This document shows, piece after piece, positions 10,709-23,491 of a stretch of DNA of 33,533 bases. Origin of the DNA: Catajapyx aquilonaris (lineage: Eukaryota); the NCBI GenBank assembly GCA_000934665.2, contig KZ539207.1, forward strand, positions 1-33,533. The letters are read 5' to 3'. The notes below the pieces were generated by a model. The model searched no databases. It saw only the letters and a list, made by a program, of their open reading frames with translations, and was not told where the DNA came from. A program made the position numbers and the translations under genes. Each line of letters begins with the position of its first letter. Position 1 is the stretch's first letter.

Positions 10709-13700
10709 TCCTAAAGAGAAAAAACCTCAGGTGCAAACGTCGACAGTTTGTGTTGTGTAAAAATGCAGCGTTACTCCAAATCCGCACCTTTAATTATTGG
10801 GCAGCGTAACAGGAAGCGCGTTGTGGACTCTGGGCAGGACTACAAAACCAATGGCAGAGGACAAAGTTTCAAATTTCGGATCACGTAGGCCATAGTCACG
10901 AGCGCAGGAGGGGGGGTAGTATATATCCCCCCTTTTTTGAAGGGGCGGTCGTTGCTATAGCCCCCCCCCCCCCTCTAAAATGCCCGGGCTAAATGCACCC
11001 CCTGCACTGCATTATATGAAGTTAAAGCCCGTCAAAAAAATGACACATTTTTAACGCCGTGCCGGATCGCTAAAAAGATGTACTAAATATTTACCAAAGG
11101 GGTCAGACGCCATATAGAGGTTGACTCGAGAGCGCGTTCGAGACAGTTGAAGTAATTGAGGGGTCTGGTCAGCATTAGCCGCGTCTCGAGCACGTTTAGT
11201 GCTAAAAGTATATGGTGACTGTTAATGTACTCTTTTTTTTGCACACAGCACATTTACGAAACAGTTTGCACACTTCATCGTGGCCACGTCCGCGCTTAAA
11301 GAGACGTTACAGCAGTGTATGACCACCGCAAAAAGGATGAGGCATATAGTAGCCCAGGTCCGAGCTCCATAAATATAATGTGGGCCTATAGAGTTGGCAA
11401 ATAGTCCAGCAAATTTGCGCTGGGGTCAATCAGCACACGTGACAACGATATAACCCCAGGATGATTGCCAGCAGCCCCCCCCCCCCTGCTATAGCAAGCC
11501 CGTCCCTTTATCCCCCCACGTCAAACTGGAGGTAATTAAAGCCTCCATTAACATGCATGCGCGGATGCAAATGTGGCCGCGACGACAGCAAAACACTCCC
11601 GATGACCTCGCAGCCATTTTCTGGGTCGACCCCTCCTCCTCCAAGTTCTTCTCTCTCACTCAAACCCTTTTAGAGATTTTAAACCCCCACTGCCCCCCTC
11701 TTCGAAATTGTAAAATGGGCAACCACACCCACTCCTTATATAAAGGCCCCCACCAACCTCCATTTTAAATGTTGACACTAAAACTAGGGAACAAGTGCCA
11801 TTTGCTTCGGGTTTGATGGGACTATTTCCAAGGCCTTTTGCAGCAGCTAAAGGGTAACGCAAATCATTCCATTGCTTGCTTTTTTGACCCGCACACGCTT
11901 CGGTTCATGTCGACTGAAATCATATAGAAAATTTGGGGGCTACATGTAAGACATTAGACACCTTTAATTTTGTCGAGCAGGGGCAGGTATGGGCTTGAGC
12001 AGAAAAATATTGCTGTGGAAATCGAATTTCCCAAATTTCCTCCTCCCGGTTTATACCTTCAAGCTTATTCTCCCCTTATATTACAGGATATATGTATAGA
12101 GTGCCCACAACCGCCCGTAATCACTCTAACTCCCATCCAGCCATGGCACCCCCTCCAGGACTCCCTTTAATTCACCCCCTCCTCTCCCCTTGCCTAGTCA
12201 ACCAGAGAGCAAAGGCCCCGGGGCCGAATTTTGACTCAATTTGCGCCGCACAAAACGCCCAAAATGAGATGAAAAGGGGGGTGCGAAATCCCCCCCTATA
12301 CCCACTGTCTACACCCTCTAGTTCACTTGCCTTCGACACTTAGTTCAGATCACTCGTTCGACCAGCTTCTGACCATCAGTTTCATATTCTTTTTGCGGTG
12401 TTGTGTCAGCCGACAAAATGTTCAGTAACAGTACTAGTTGCGGGGAATACAATTAATTAACTGGCAGTATTACTGATGTAGATAACTGCAAACATGTGTG
12501 GCGCGATAATGTCATGGCGATTACAAAATATTAGAGTGTACGGGCATATGCTGTACGCATTATATAGAGCGGCCCAGTGTTACTCGAAAATCGGATTGTC
12601 AGCTGGGGAAACAAGCACATAGGCGAAAAAAATTGTTTCAAGGTTCTACAGAGAAAATGCTTTTTAAATCAATATTCCTTTAACTTTGCAATCGATGCCC
12701 AATAATCTGATCGTCTACAAGTGACTATTTTACGCCCTCTCAATTCGTATCCCAAAAACTCTACATCCCAGGCTGTTTATCCGGAGAAAATTTTCCTTTG
12801 CGCCTGAATTGTATGCAAGCCGTTGTTGAAGAGAGGCGCTTGGGTTGTATACCTGCTTAGGATAACTTTGCGCTGATCCAGTTGCGCCTAATAATAATAG
12901 GCCTATTAGGTAAAAAGCGAGAATAATATAATAATTACCGTATCTGTCCTGCGAGTATAGTGAACAATATTTGGTCAGCTTCTGAGTATAGATAATGCTC
13001 CTGCGTGACCTACAGGCAGCGTTCAAGACCAAGTGACAATGATGTCAAGTATATCCGGTACTCGGTACCTCCTTGGGGAATAAGTGGCGGTGTACACGTG
13101 GATGCCAAAAGTGCATCGTTGAGGGAGGAAGGGGGCTATATATGACATCCGTGATTGGAAGGACAGGGATTTGGGGACGTGTCTGGGAAAAGGGGTTTTG
13201 TGGGTACGGTGCATATAACAATGGAGGTTTTCAATTTGTCCAGACACCGCTTTCGCATTTGGCCAGGCTTTCTGCAAAAGGCCCACAGGAGCTGTACCAA
13301 AAGTCCATCCAGTTGTCGAGTTCTGGGTCCCACAGCGACGTCGCTACTGCTGCCATTTTTTTTTCTCTCCATAACAAAAATGTGTCCCCTCCACATTTTC
13401 TCCTCCCCGAAGGCCGCAAAAGTCCTTTCCCTCCCTCTAGAGGGGGGGAATGGTGGTTTTTTTCTGTCACTCGAGGCGACACGAGGAAGCCTAATTTGGG
13501 ATGAAGAGTTGAAGGGCCCTCATTTGACTGCACAAATAAACCGTGACAAGTCTCCCCCACCCGCCGCTAACGCCGTTTTTTTTTCAAAAAAAAGAGCACC
13601 CCGATCCACCAACCGTGGAGCTAACCTCATCTGTCTCAGGCATACCGTGACGTCACGACGTCATTATCCATGCCGATACTTCCGCTAAGTATGGATGACA

Positions 13701-15361
13701 AACAACTCGAGCGACCAAGCAGCCGAATTACGTCATGTCATCTAAGGCTTTCTCCCCCCTCAACTTCTGGCTAGGGATAAATAAAATGTCGAAGGCTACG
13801 CTTTAGTTGACGGTCCACCCCCTGTTTATGCGGTTGATATGGCTTGGACATATACTATTTGCGGAGTGACTAATCGAAAACGACAAAAGAAAACAGAGAG
13901 ACCCAGATTTGGTGGAAATTGAGGTTGAAGCGCCTGGAATCAGACATATCAACACGAATTATAAGAGACCGCAGGCCTAGAAAGACGCTTCTCTCGCTAT
14001 TTTTTTTCTAGGCCAGCGGACGTGGTGGACATATTGTTAATCGCCTTCCCATATCTTATATAGTCAAAGGACATCATAGATATCGGTCATCTGCCCGTAT
14101 TGTAATATGGGAATATAGGCGGCTTGTACTGGTTGGGTGCTGGGGGGGAAAGAAAATCTCCCCCATGGGTCCCCCCTTGTATGTCCCCCCAGTCTTTTCC
14201 CAAACCCTGGCCGATGACAGTGACGCGCGTGGACAGCTTGGGCGCCCGCCGAAACTGCCTTATCAAAACAACCCGCCGCCTCTCTCCTAATCCTCTCTGT
14301 GCCTCTCCCATATGCCATGGTCTCCCCCCACACACCTCCATAGTCCCCAGCCAACAGATTTAAAAAAAAGATAGACCTTTGTGTATACATGTTGACGTGT
14401 GCTGCTAACTTTAGCAGAGGATGAAAAATGTGGGTGGTATTTGCACTGCTAATTACTGCTACCTTAGCAATATCAGTGTTGTTGATAATGGTACTGATAA
14501 CTTAGCAGTGGGTTCGATCTTAACCGCGGCTTGGTGTTTGATTACTCCGTAACGTAATGGACGGAAGAGTTAAGAATCCGGACGCCTTACTTTTTATTCA
14601 GAGAGAGATACAGAGAGAGAGAGAGAAAAGGGGCAAGAAGATGCTAATGAAAAGTAAGTTAAATCTGGGGAAAAGGTTCGAGCGGTTGTTGAGGGGGAGG
14701 TAGGGAGGATTTAGAGAGAAAGAGGGGGGGAGGAAGTTGGCAAGGCTGTGCTAATCCCTCCCCTACGAAAAGAGAATGGGGGGGAAGAAAGAAAAAAAAA
14801 AGAACGCATACATTTTCAAGCCGCAGTTAATCAAGCCTTTTTATCGCTCGGAGGAACAACCGCCAGGAATTTCAGCGAATCCGAAGTTAGAGAAAAAGAG
14901 GTGGTGGAGGTGGAGGGGAGGGTTGCTTCTCCCCTACCTTTGCAGTTAGATTTTCTTCTTCTTCTTCTTTTCAGTGTCTTTTGGTGAGTGAGGAAGAAGG
15001 AAAGTTGTGGCAACGCCGCCCCCCCCCCCTCCAAGTTTAATTTCCCGAAAAGGGAAGGCCTAACCCATAAAATAGCTCTCACTTTACACACACCCACACA
15101 CCCTTAACTATTCAGGGGTTGAAATTAATCGCCGTCGTGCCCTCTTTGCTCGATTGCTTCAGGCCTCTCTTTTCTCAGCAGACCATTGTTCAGACCCCCA
15201 CTTCGATCAGAGTGTTGAGCAAGGAGGAGCGCCACTCCGACATAAGACTCTGATGCTTTTAACGCAAATGGTTGGGCATCCCCAAAAGTTACGCCGTTTC
15301 TGCAAAACAAATTCCGTGTATAGGCTACAGGTTTCCGATATGTGTATACTTTTGTACTGTA

Positions 15362-15580
15362 CATTGTTGGACGTTAATGGTGGCGCACTGGTGGCGACAA
15401 GAGCCGTTGGCGGCAGAATGGAAATTTTCCCTCCGGATGACCCGCCTTCACTTAGATCAAGCGAAGGGGGTCGTCCGGAGGGAAACGAATCAAATGAAGG
15501 TGGTCATACTTTTCGATTCGCCCTTTTGCCGCCATCGCATCGTGGTGCCACTAGTGCGCCACCGTTAATGTCCAGCACTG
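15362..15580. mobile_element. Tc1/mariner-type palindromic MITE with branched secondary structure
   Basis: TA on both sides (15360-15361, 15581-15582). The right end reads CAGTGCTGGACATTAA on the - strand, similar to the Tc1 terminus CAGTGCTGG; the left end is CATTGTTGGACGTTAA. Arms 15358-15395 and 15547-15584 pair over 38 bp (33 Watson-Crick, 4 G-T, 1 mismatch). Confidence 0.65.
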
Positions 15581-17840
15581 TACAAATTCGACAATCTCCT
15601 GCGTATGTGTATATAATGATGTCGAAAGCTCGTGTGTGTGTATATAGTTTGGGTTTATGAACGGCCTGGGTGTAATGTGGGTTTTGCTGTGTTGGTGTGT
15701 GTCGTGGCCATGGGATGGTAGGGAGATGGGGAGAGGTGGGGGCGAGAGGGGGGAGGATTTCACGCGTGGTAGAGTGAGAGGGGCTGCCCCCCCCATTCCA
15801 CAACCCCAAAGCCCCATCGCAGGGGCAATACCAAATGAACCAATGCGGTGGGGTTGGGGGTCCCGCCCTTAGCAACGGCGGTGGGGGCTGCCTGGCAACG
15901 GCCCAGCACACACACACACCCACACACATTGCACTATATGTACACTGCTGGATCACCAAACTATACTGATATCAAAATGACCAGACACGTTGGAACACCC
16001 TGTACTGGAGGCTTTCAGAGAAATGAGAGCCATTGCTTTCTGGGCGGTTGTCGGCGAGTGTGGGAGGAATCACAGCAGAAGGGCGGCGGGGCATATTCGC
16101 CCCGGGGCAGGCTGCCACACTCACACACGATATTCCGCCCCGGGGGCGCACGGGGCCAGCGGGCCTTTAATTACGTTACATCCAACCCAGCTTTTTTTCC
16201 CCCATCTCTCTCTCTCTCTCAGTGTGTTCAAACCCACAGCAGTTTACCTAGCTAGTCCGATGGACATGCCCCCATTTTTATTATATAGAGAGCTCGTTCC
16301 TCCCCAAAACATCCCAGGCAGATTTTTCATCGCCATTTTAAACGCTAACGAGCTAACGGGACAACAATCCGCAGGGGGGAAACTTTACACTTAATCAACA
16401 CGTAAGAACACACAACTGACGGAGATCACTGCGAAAATAGTGTTTGCAACGAGCCGAAACATAAAGCATTACGCTCTGCAAAAGGCAACTACACTACTAC
16501 CCCTTTTTCAGCAATTATCCTGGAAGTAATGCAACAGACGTCATTTGCTTATTATGCAACATTGAACATTTATCACAAATAAATGCATTACTTTATGCAA
16601 ACATTAGACGCAATGGAGTCATGCAATAGTTAATAGCTACCGGATATTGTAACTACTTTTACAGAAAATAACATGGCTTTGTAAGCTTTATTATTCGAAA
16701 AAGGACACGACCCATCTACAAGCACAGCGGTCACATTTGCATGTCCGTAAAATTCTCCCCGTCCGGCCATTGTTTTCTCTAGTGTCACAAACCACATGTT
16801 AGCGGACGACCATCAAAATTTTTAGAAGCATTATTTCCAACAATTACACTCAACTTTTCCTTATGCTGCGAACTAGTTTTAATGCAAATAACTGCAACAA
16901 TGCTTATTTCTGTCCTCACAACGCGACATTATTTACACGGCCGCTTTGACTTGAACCGATCTCACACACACACTCACGCATAATTCAGACACACACAGCC
17001 CACATACGCACAGAGTCGCCCAGCTGAGTCCGAGCAAGGGAATCAGCAGGCCTTGTAACCAAAATATTTTTCCAAGTTCCGGCCCTTCTATCCAGCCGAC
17101 TATATATAGCCCCCCGCCATCCCTCTCCCCCTCTTCCCGAGCCAACATTTTCTCTGTAGCTCATTACAATATTCGGTCGTGGAGTAATTTGACGGACCTA
17201 TACCCTAATTAATCCGTTTCCCCACCCATCCCTGTGCTGTCTATAGAGTCTTATATCGCCCCCCCCAGACCGGTTAGCAATTCGACCTCATCCGAGTGCA
17301 AGTCACGCGCTTCTCTCTCGGATTCCATGCTAAATCGGCCTCAACCTGTCTTACTCTATCGATGCTACTGTAGTAGTGAACCACATGGAAACACTGGCTG
17401 TCCAGGTAGTACCATACACCTCACATTGATGGCACCCAAGCCTATTCGGATGATCTTTACTACGCGACGACGAAGTGGCAGGAGTCGGGGTGGAGGCAGA
17501 GTGCATCTCGCCGTGGCAAAGCCACAATAACGTTCGTTGGCTCCACCCCTTCACTTCGTCACGAAGTTCGTCACGAAGTAAAGATCAGCCGTCAATTCTG
17601 TCTCCACCAAACTGAGCCATCAAGAATGTTGTTGATGGGTACATTTTGTTGAATCCAGGTGTGTATGCACGCATAACACGCATTTATGGTGGTGGATGGC
17701 GTGGTTTGGGAGGGCCCCAGGAGCCGAAGGGGGTGGTGGTGGTGGTTTGGTGTTGGAGGCCCGGGATGGAGGAGCCTCTGGCAGGGACACGGCCAACTAA
17801 TGAGGCGTGAAATGGGCGCCTGAGGGGGTGGGGACGGGGA

Positions 17841-18001
17841 NNNNNNNNNNNNNNNNNNNNNNNNNNNNNNNNNNNNNNNNNNNNNNNNNNNNNNNNNNNN
17901 NNNNNNNNNNNNNNNNNNNNNNNNNNNNNNNNNNNNNNNNNNNNNNNNNNNNNNNNNNNNNNNNNNNNNNNNNNNNNNNNNNNNNNNNNNNNNNNNNNNN
18001 N
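17841..18001. other. Assembly gap (161 N)
   Basis: Run of N following a G-rich tract. Confidence 1.
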
Positions 18002-18535
18002 GCAGGTGACACACTAGGGGGGGACTGGAAATCGTGCCAAATGTCATGGAATCATTTTTCGCTCCCCACACACCCACACCATCCCAGAGAAAAAAAATGA
18101 AACTAAAATGAAAAAAAGAGAGAGAGAGAGGCCCGGGTTGGCAGCAGTCGTCACATGGAGTGCTAACATTTCCAGTAAAATGTTACACGACATGAACCGT
18201 ATGATCGTTTCAAATGCTGTACTAGCATCAGATGGCCGGAATTTCAAATTGATTAGGTCACAGTGCACCGCACAGAATAACTACTGACGCCTGCCTGGCC
18301 TGCTGGGCTGATGCTGTTGTTGCTGGATGGCTGTGCGAAAGAGGACCGCATCACGGTTTATAATATTCCCCCGGACCTTTCGCAATATCGAACCCCCATC
18401 ATGCAACAGCGTGGTTCATCACACGCCATTCCGGCAAACCGACCCGAAAATCTGACATTTTCGAAGGGCGCTAATAAATAAAATGGCGTCGATACTGTCC
18501 GAAACATTTTTTGGGGGGGACACACACACATCAAG

Positions 18536-18595
18536 AGTGGTGCCATCTATCGGCGTGTTTGTGGGGCGCACATAAATAGTGCTGCCATCTATCGC
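18536..18595 (-). promoter_or_regulatory. Tandem pair of CTCF-like motifs
   Basis: AGTG(G/C)TGCCATCTATCG twice, 42 bp apart (18536, 18578). On - these read CCGATAGATGGCAC and GCGATAGATGGCAG, matching the YAGRKGGCR core. Confidence 0.55.
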
Positions 18596-19890
18596 TGTGT
18601 GATGTGTTCAACCGTGGGAGACAGACAGCCTGTGACTCCAGTCCTAATCCTTTTGTCCAGACTCGAAAACAAGTCGCCATTTGGACAAACACACATTGCC
18701 AGTGAGTGTATAGAGCTTAGAGAGACAGGAAAAAAAAAGAGATTTAGGGACCGGTGTGTTATAATATATAGGCAGAAGGGAGAAAGAGGGGGTCCATTTC
18801 AAAGCAATGGGGCGAGTGACGACTGGGTTTCGGGGGGCTTCCTTTGTCGCGCATTGTCGCGGCGGCCCCATTTGTCACGCGTCCATTTGACAGCGCGACA
18901 CGGCCCACGTGACCCACGACCAAAAGGGGGATTAGCCCGCCAAGAAAGGAGCCAGCATGAAGCTGCAGATAGGTTTTAGCCCGACGGCCATCGTCCCCCC
19001 CCTCCATGTTTGTTTTTACACTCTCCCCATTTTAATCACAGCAGCCCATCACCTTTATAAGCTGGCGTCATTGCCATCGCCGTCTTAGAGCGAGTGCCTA
19101 TGGCCCCCCCACGAAAATTGAATGAAGATTGGCAACTAGGTCTTTGGGGTTGGGGGGTTCAGTGCTGGGTCACACAGCTTTGTCGGTGCTCCCCTGAGGG
19201 GAAAAGTGGAGGCTCGATGGCAGTTGACAGCCCCCATGCGACCCCTTCTGCCACCAAATGTTGGATCAACTCACGCCTTTCCACAAAGGGACACGGCCAC
19301 GTGACCAGGCCCCAATAGCCTCCAGCCCTAAAGTCACCGCTCCCGATTGTTTTCTGTGATTGGACAAACACGTGCAGTTTGTTGTTGTTTGGCTGGGCAC
19401 CATCGTTCATGTCGGGACATCAGGAGGTAAACACTATATTTCATCGGGCCTTCTTGTATGCGCGGGCATGCGACCCGAGGTCAAACCGACTTATTTCTGG
19501 GGGAGGTCTTATCGGAGACGGCCATCTCTCTAGAAGAGGCCAGCAAGCGCAGGGGCCCCAACTGTCAGCGAGACCTTGACGAAGACGGACAGGCGTCCAC
19601 AAACGCGTGACAGCACAATCCTATACCTAGGACTCTGCCAGCATACGGTTCACACGCACCCCAAAAAAATCTTCCAAGACCCGTTGTTTTTTAAATAGAA
19701 AAAAATTAAAATTAATGTCGTCGCTCCTCACACAACACACACACACCGAGTTGGTAATTGCATCAGCGGGTTTATCATTTACCGGAGCAAAATAACCAGG
19801 TCCGGGCCCCCGGAAAAGCGGTACACCTTGCAACAACAAATTAATTTCTCTGGAGAACAGACTCTCCGGGTACTTTGCTTAATCTTGGTC

Positions 19891-19905
19891 CATTGTTATG
19901 CAAAT
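19891..19905 (+). promoter_or_regulatory. Sox-POU (Sox-Oct) composite element
   Basis: Exact CATTGTTATGCAAAT, the canonical zero-spacer Sox/Oct consensus. Confidence 0.55.
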
Positions 19906-20047
19906 GCAGCCGAGAGGGGCTCCCGGTTCTAAATTCCGCTTTATGTTTTAGGGTCGAATATTATTGTTGGAGTCGGCCGCTGCTGCTCCGGAGCAGGATG
20001 GATGATACCACTGCCTCTCCATGGGTGTATATCTGTGAGGCTACTTG

Positions 20048-20234
20048 TACAGGGTGTTCCATAATGATATCTAGGTGACTAGAGGGTCACTTTATGTACA
20101 GGGGTCGTTTGGTCTCAGAAGCTTCGTCGCTGTCATAATTGTATGTGAAGACGTTTGGTTTTTGCGGAAAGGACAATCCGCAACTTTTGCCAGACTTATT
20201 CGTCTTTTGGGTAGTGTAGTGCACCACCCTGTTA
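20048..20234. mobile_element. Degenerate Tc1/mariner-type MITE remnant
   Basis: Left end TA|CAGGGTGTTCCA; degenerate right end CACCCTGTTA (20225-20234). The same terminus occurs reversed at 15991-16005 (exact 15-mer) and partly at 9928 and 4134. Confidence 0.3.
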
Positions 20235-22073
20235 TACTGCAGGATATATGGAGAGAGCGGATGTGACGTCCAAAAGGGCCTGACGTTGGTGTAGTCTGCT
20301 TCTGCATGGGAGTGGTGGTGGTTTATGACCCCTGGGCCGACGCCAAGTCTGCTCTCTCTCAGTCCCTCTCTCGCGAAATTCCTGCACGACTCTTGTGCAA
20401 AACGCAGATTTCCAGGGAAAAAGGTTTATTGCCAAGATCTTCCCAAACTATAGGGGTCGACCGAGGGCAATGCTGGATCTTTCAACTTCTCCCCACAAAA
20501 AAAAGAGAAACCATTATCACCTGCTGATATTTTTTTTGCTAAAACGAGTGTGAAATGTTATCACCAGATGAGAGATGAATATTTAAAAAAAATACATGTT
20601 GAATAACACAGATTCTTTTAAAATGTGGAACGAATGTCACGTAATTTTATATAGCGACCGTACGTGCCGTAATTATCATGACGTTTCATTGATACGGCCA
20701 GTTTTCATTCAGCATATATGCAGTGCTTTTTACTGGCAATTGAATTATAAGTTCACGCACAGTGTACTGCACAATCCTGTAATTACTGCAGGCGCATCGT
20801 CAGCACTAGATTGGTTCGTTTGTATAACGCACAAAATTGCTACTCATCATTATACGGGTTGTGGTATCCAGAACATATCAACATTACCTGTGTTTTGCTC
20901 TGTGTACCGCTCTGATGCCCTGTATATATTTTGTGACTTTATACTTGCTGCAAATTAGTGTACAGTATTATTCCCCGGATTAGCATGTTGTTACCCGCGT
21001 ATTTTCTTGCTGCCCATTGAGGGGTTTACCTATTATTTTTAATTCACACGCAGCAATATTTGTGACTTTTGGCAAAGTGCGGCTGTGCTGAGAGGGGAAC
21101 TTTCGCGAATTTTGGCGGGACGGAAGGGCTTCGGCAACCCGCCAGCTGCTCTGCGGCTAACGTCATGAACAGCCTCCCGAATTCAACAAAGTTTTTTGAT
21201 TTTAATATACAGCACGATGTTACAAGTTGGACAATTTGCAATGTTTTTTTCTCCAACATACACCCGGTATTTTTCTTATATAGAAGCAACAACAGTTTCT
21301 AATGCAGCAGGCGGTTTATATATCTCTGGATCCGGATGAAGAGACCACCTCTCTCGCTTTACATCCCCAGCTATACCCCTGGTATCAGCTCATAGGCCTG
21401 TAAACAAGATGTGTAAATGAGATTTTGCGAAATGCGGAACTGGAGACTGAGCTGCTGCTGGTTGGAGGAAGAGGAAGGAAGGAGGGGGAAAAGGGGGGGG
21501 GGGGTCGTCGGCACTTAGGCTAAGAGCTCCTTTAGGTAAAGGCCGTTGATCGATCTGTCGGAAGCCCGGCCTGAGTCTCAGAGCTACCTAAGAGCCTCTA
21601 ATTGCCGCTGGGAGCTAGACTCTCTCTCTATAGGAGAGAGAGAGAGACACACACACAGAGAGAGATCTCTCTCGGATGAAGTAGTCCTCTCTCTCCTCCG
21701 GATAAATGCCTCCTAATCCTTCCAGTTATCCCTCCCAGCCTCTGTCTAGGTCCTCACCAGCCCAACACCAAAACCCCAAACCATTTTTCACCTCGTCACC
21801 AAGCAGCACCACTCCTTTTCTCATGATGATTCTGAATTATCCGGGGTGTCGCAAAATTTGCACTTTTAGTCCCCACAAGATTTTTTTTCTGGTTGATATG
21901 AACTGGTTGCCATTCCCCTCTCCATTCCGCACAGGATATAGCGATATATATCGAGAGCTGGAGGTTGTTATCGAGTCCTTCCGATGAAGCATCGGGCCAC
22001 GATTTATAAGGGGTGGGGTTGCGGGGGCCAAACATGAGATTAGGTGGTCCCCGCAAGCTTTAGGGGGGGGGGG

Positions 22074-22087
22074 NNNNNNNNNNNNNN
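22074..22087. other. Assembly gap (14 N) inside a poly-G run
   Basis: Run of N flanked by G homopolymer on both sides. Confidence 1.
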
Positions 22088-23491
22088 GGGGGGGGGGGGT
22101 ATAATAACAATAATGATAGATGAGAATGGGTTGTGTGTTGTGTGTATATATATAGGCATCAGCAACAACACAACCACAGCGCGGGGGTGGATGCTGCTTC
22201 CCCAGCAGCATCCCCTGTCGAAAAAATCCGAGTGTGTGATCCAGCAGGGCCACATATATTGGCATATATACCCTGCTGGTGCATGTTGTGTAATTGAAAT
22301 CTCCCCTGCCTGCCTGACGCTGCTGGCTGGCTGGCTGCTGCCCCTCGCCACGTATTGATTGTTTATAGCGGATATTTGCATGCATGTGTGTGGGATTTTT
22401 AGCACATGAAAATCAGGGAGGCCGGGGATGTGCTGTTTGGAAGTGGGGAGGGGGTGGGGCTTTTGGGGAGAGTCCATGATGAGGGTCCCCCCCAAATAAA
22501 TTTCGGGAGGGCAAGCCGCCCCCCCCTGATGCTTTTTCCCCCAACAACACCAGCAGCAGCCATCACTGACCAGACCTCCCCTATTCTAATTATTTTGCAC
22601 GTCGTCAGGTTGCTCTTTTTCGCGGTTTTAATACCAATGGCTACTTGGCTTTTATTGCCCCAGCAGACCATTCCCCTTTTTCCAACAGTGGCTATGCTGT
22701 TGCCTGTCTGTCACTGAGGCTGCGGTGGACCGTGGCCAGTCGTGTCCTCTTTAAATCCCTCCCTTTCCACGTGTGTGTGTGTGCATCCAATCCGATACAT
22801 GATGGGATATGCACATATGCCCAACGCCGATTTTGCGAAAGGAACATGTTGTGTCGAAATAATGCGTTGTTATGTATAGTATAGTGTAAGGTGGACCATC
22901 TGCGGGGTCATAAGTCAGTCCTGGTATAGTTAACCCCTTTTGGGGCACCTCCCATGCCTGCAGGGAGGCCCTTTTGTGCCCCCCAGGGAGGTCGGACAAA
23001 GACTCTTTGTTGCAGCTCAGAAGGGGGGCTCCTCTCCGGATGCTGCATGGTGTATACACACACACGCTGTGTTCTCCCCTCGCACTGCACAACACTGGCC
23101 CACCTTTTGCCAGCCTCCGCCTTGCTGACTAATTTGGCCCCATTTGTCACACCTCCATCCCTATACAACAAAAGCGCGCTTTTTCGGGACTATAAGCACC
23201 CCCCCAAAAAATTTCATATATGGTCAAGTTCTTCTCGCGGACACACCGCGTGAGGGGTCACCCTTTCGCTACTAAACTCTCATCATGAAAGGGTTATTAT
23301 CGCACTCAATCGCGTTCTGGACCCCCCCACCAGCTGCTGACTCTAATCACGCGCCGCTTAATGGAGCTGCACTTGCAGATTCGGTAATCAGGTTATATGC
23401 AGTTATACACTGCTATTGAAGCAATATGCAATAAACACGTCTTTCGCAAGATAGTTCGCAAGAGTGTAACAGTGATGTGGAGATAAGCGTT

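Noticed and set aside
10895..11004. Small poly-G/poly-C fold-back MITE
   Set aside because: The ends are too degenerate to define TIRs or a TSD.
11132..11196. Pre-miRNA-like hairpin
   Set aside because: Only ~12 bp of good stem, with large loops and a competing alternative pairing.
14480..14530. tRNA or tRNA-derived SINE (GGTTCGATC B-box-like)
   Set aside because: Poor T-arm pairing, no cloverleaf, no convincing A box. Similar partial hits near 2611, 6293 and 14675 also fail.
15154..15660. 168-aa ORF across the palindromic element
   Set aside because: It is open by chance through a GC-rich palindrome; the mirrored peptide appears on the opposite strand; no DDE features.
15991..20061. A single 4-kb transposon bounded by the 15-bp inverted repeat
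   Set aside because: The termini face outward for Tc1/mariner ends, there is no TSD, and there is no transposase inside.
21618..21673. Palindromes such as GAGAGAGATCTCTCTC
   Set aside because: Trivial result of adjacent GA and CT microsatellites.
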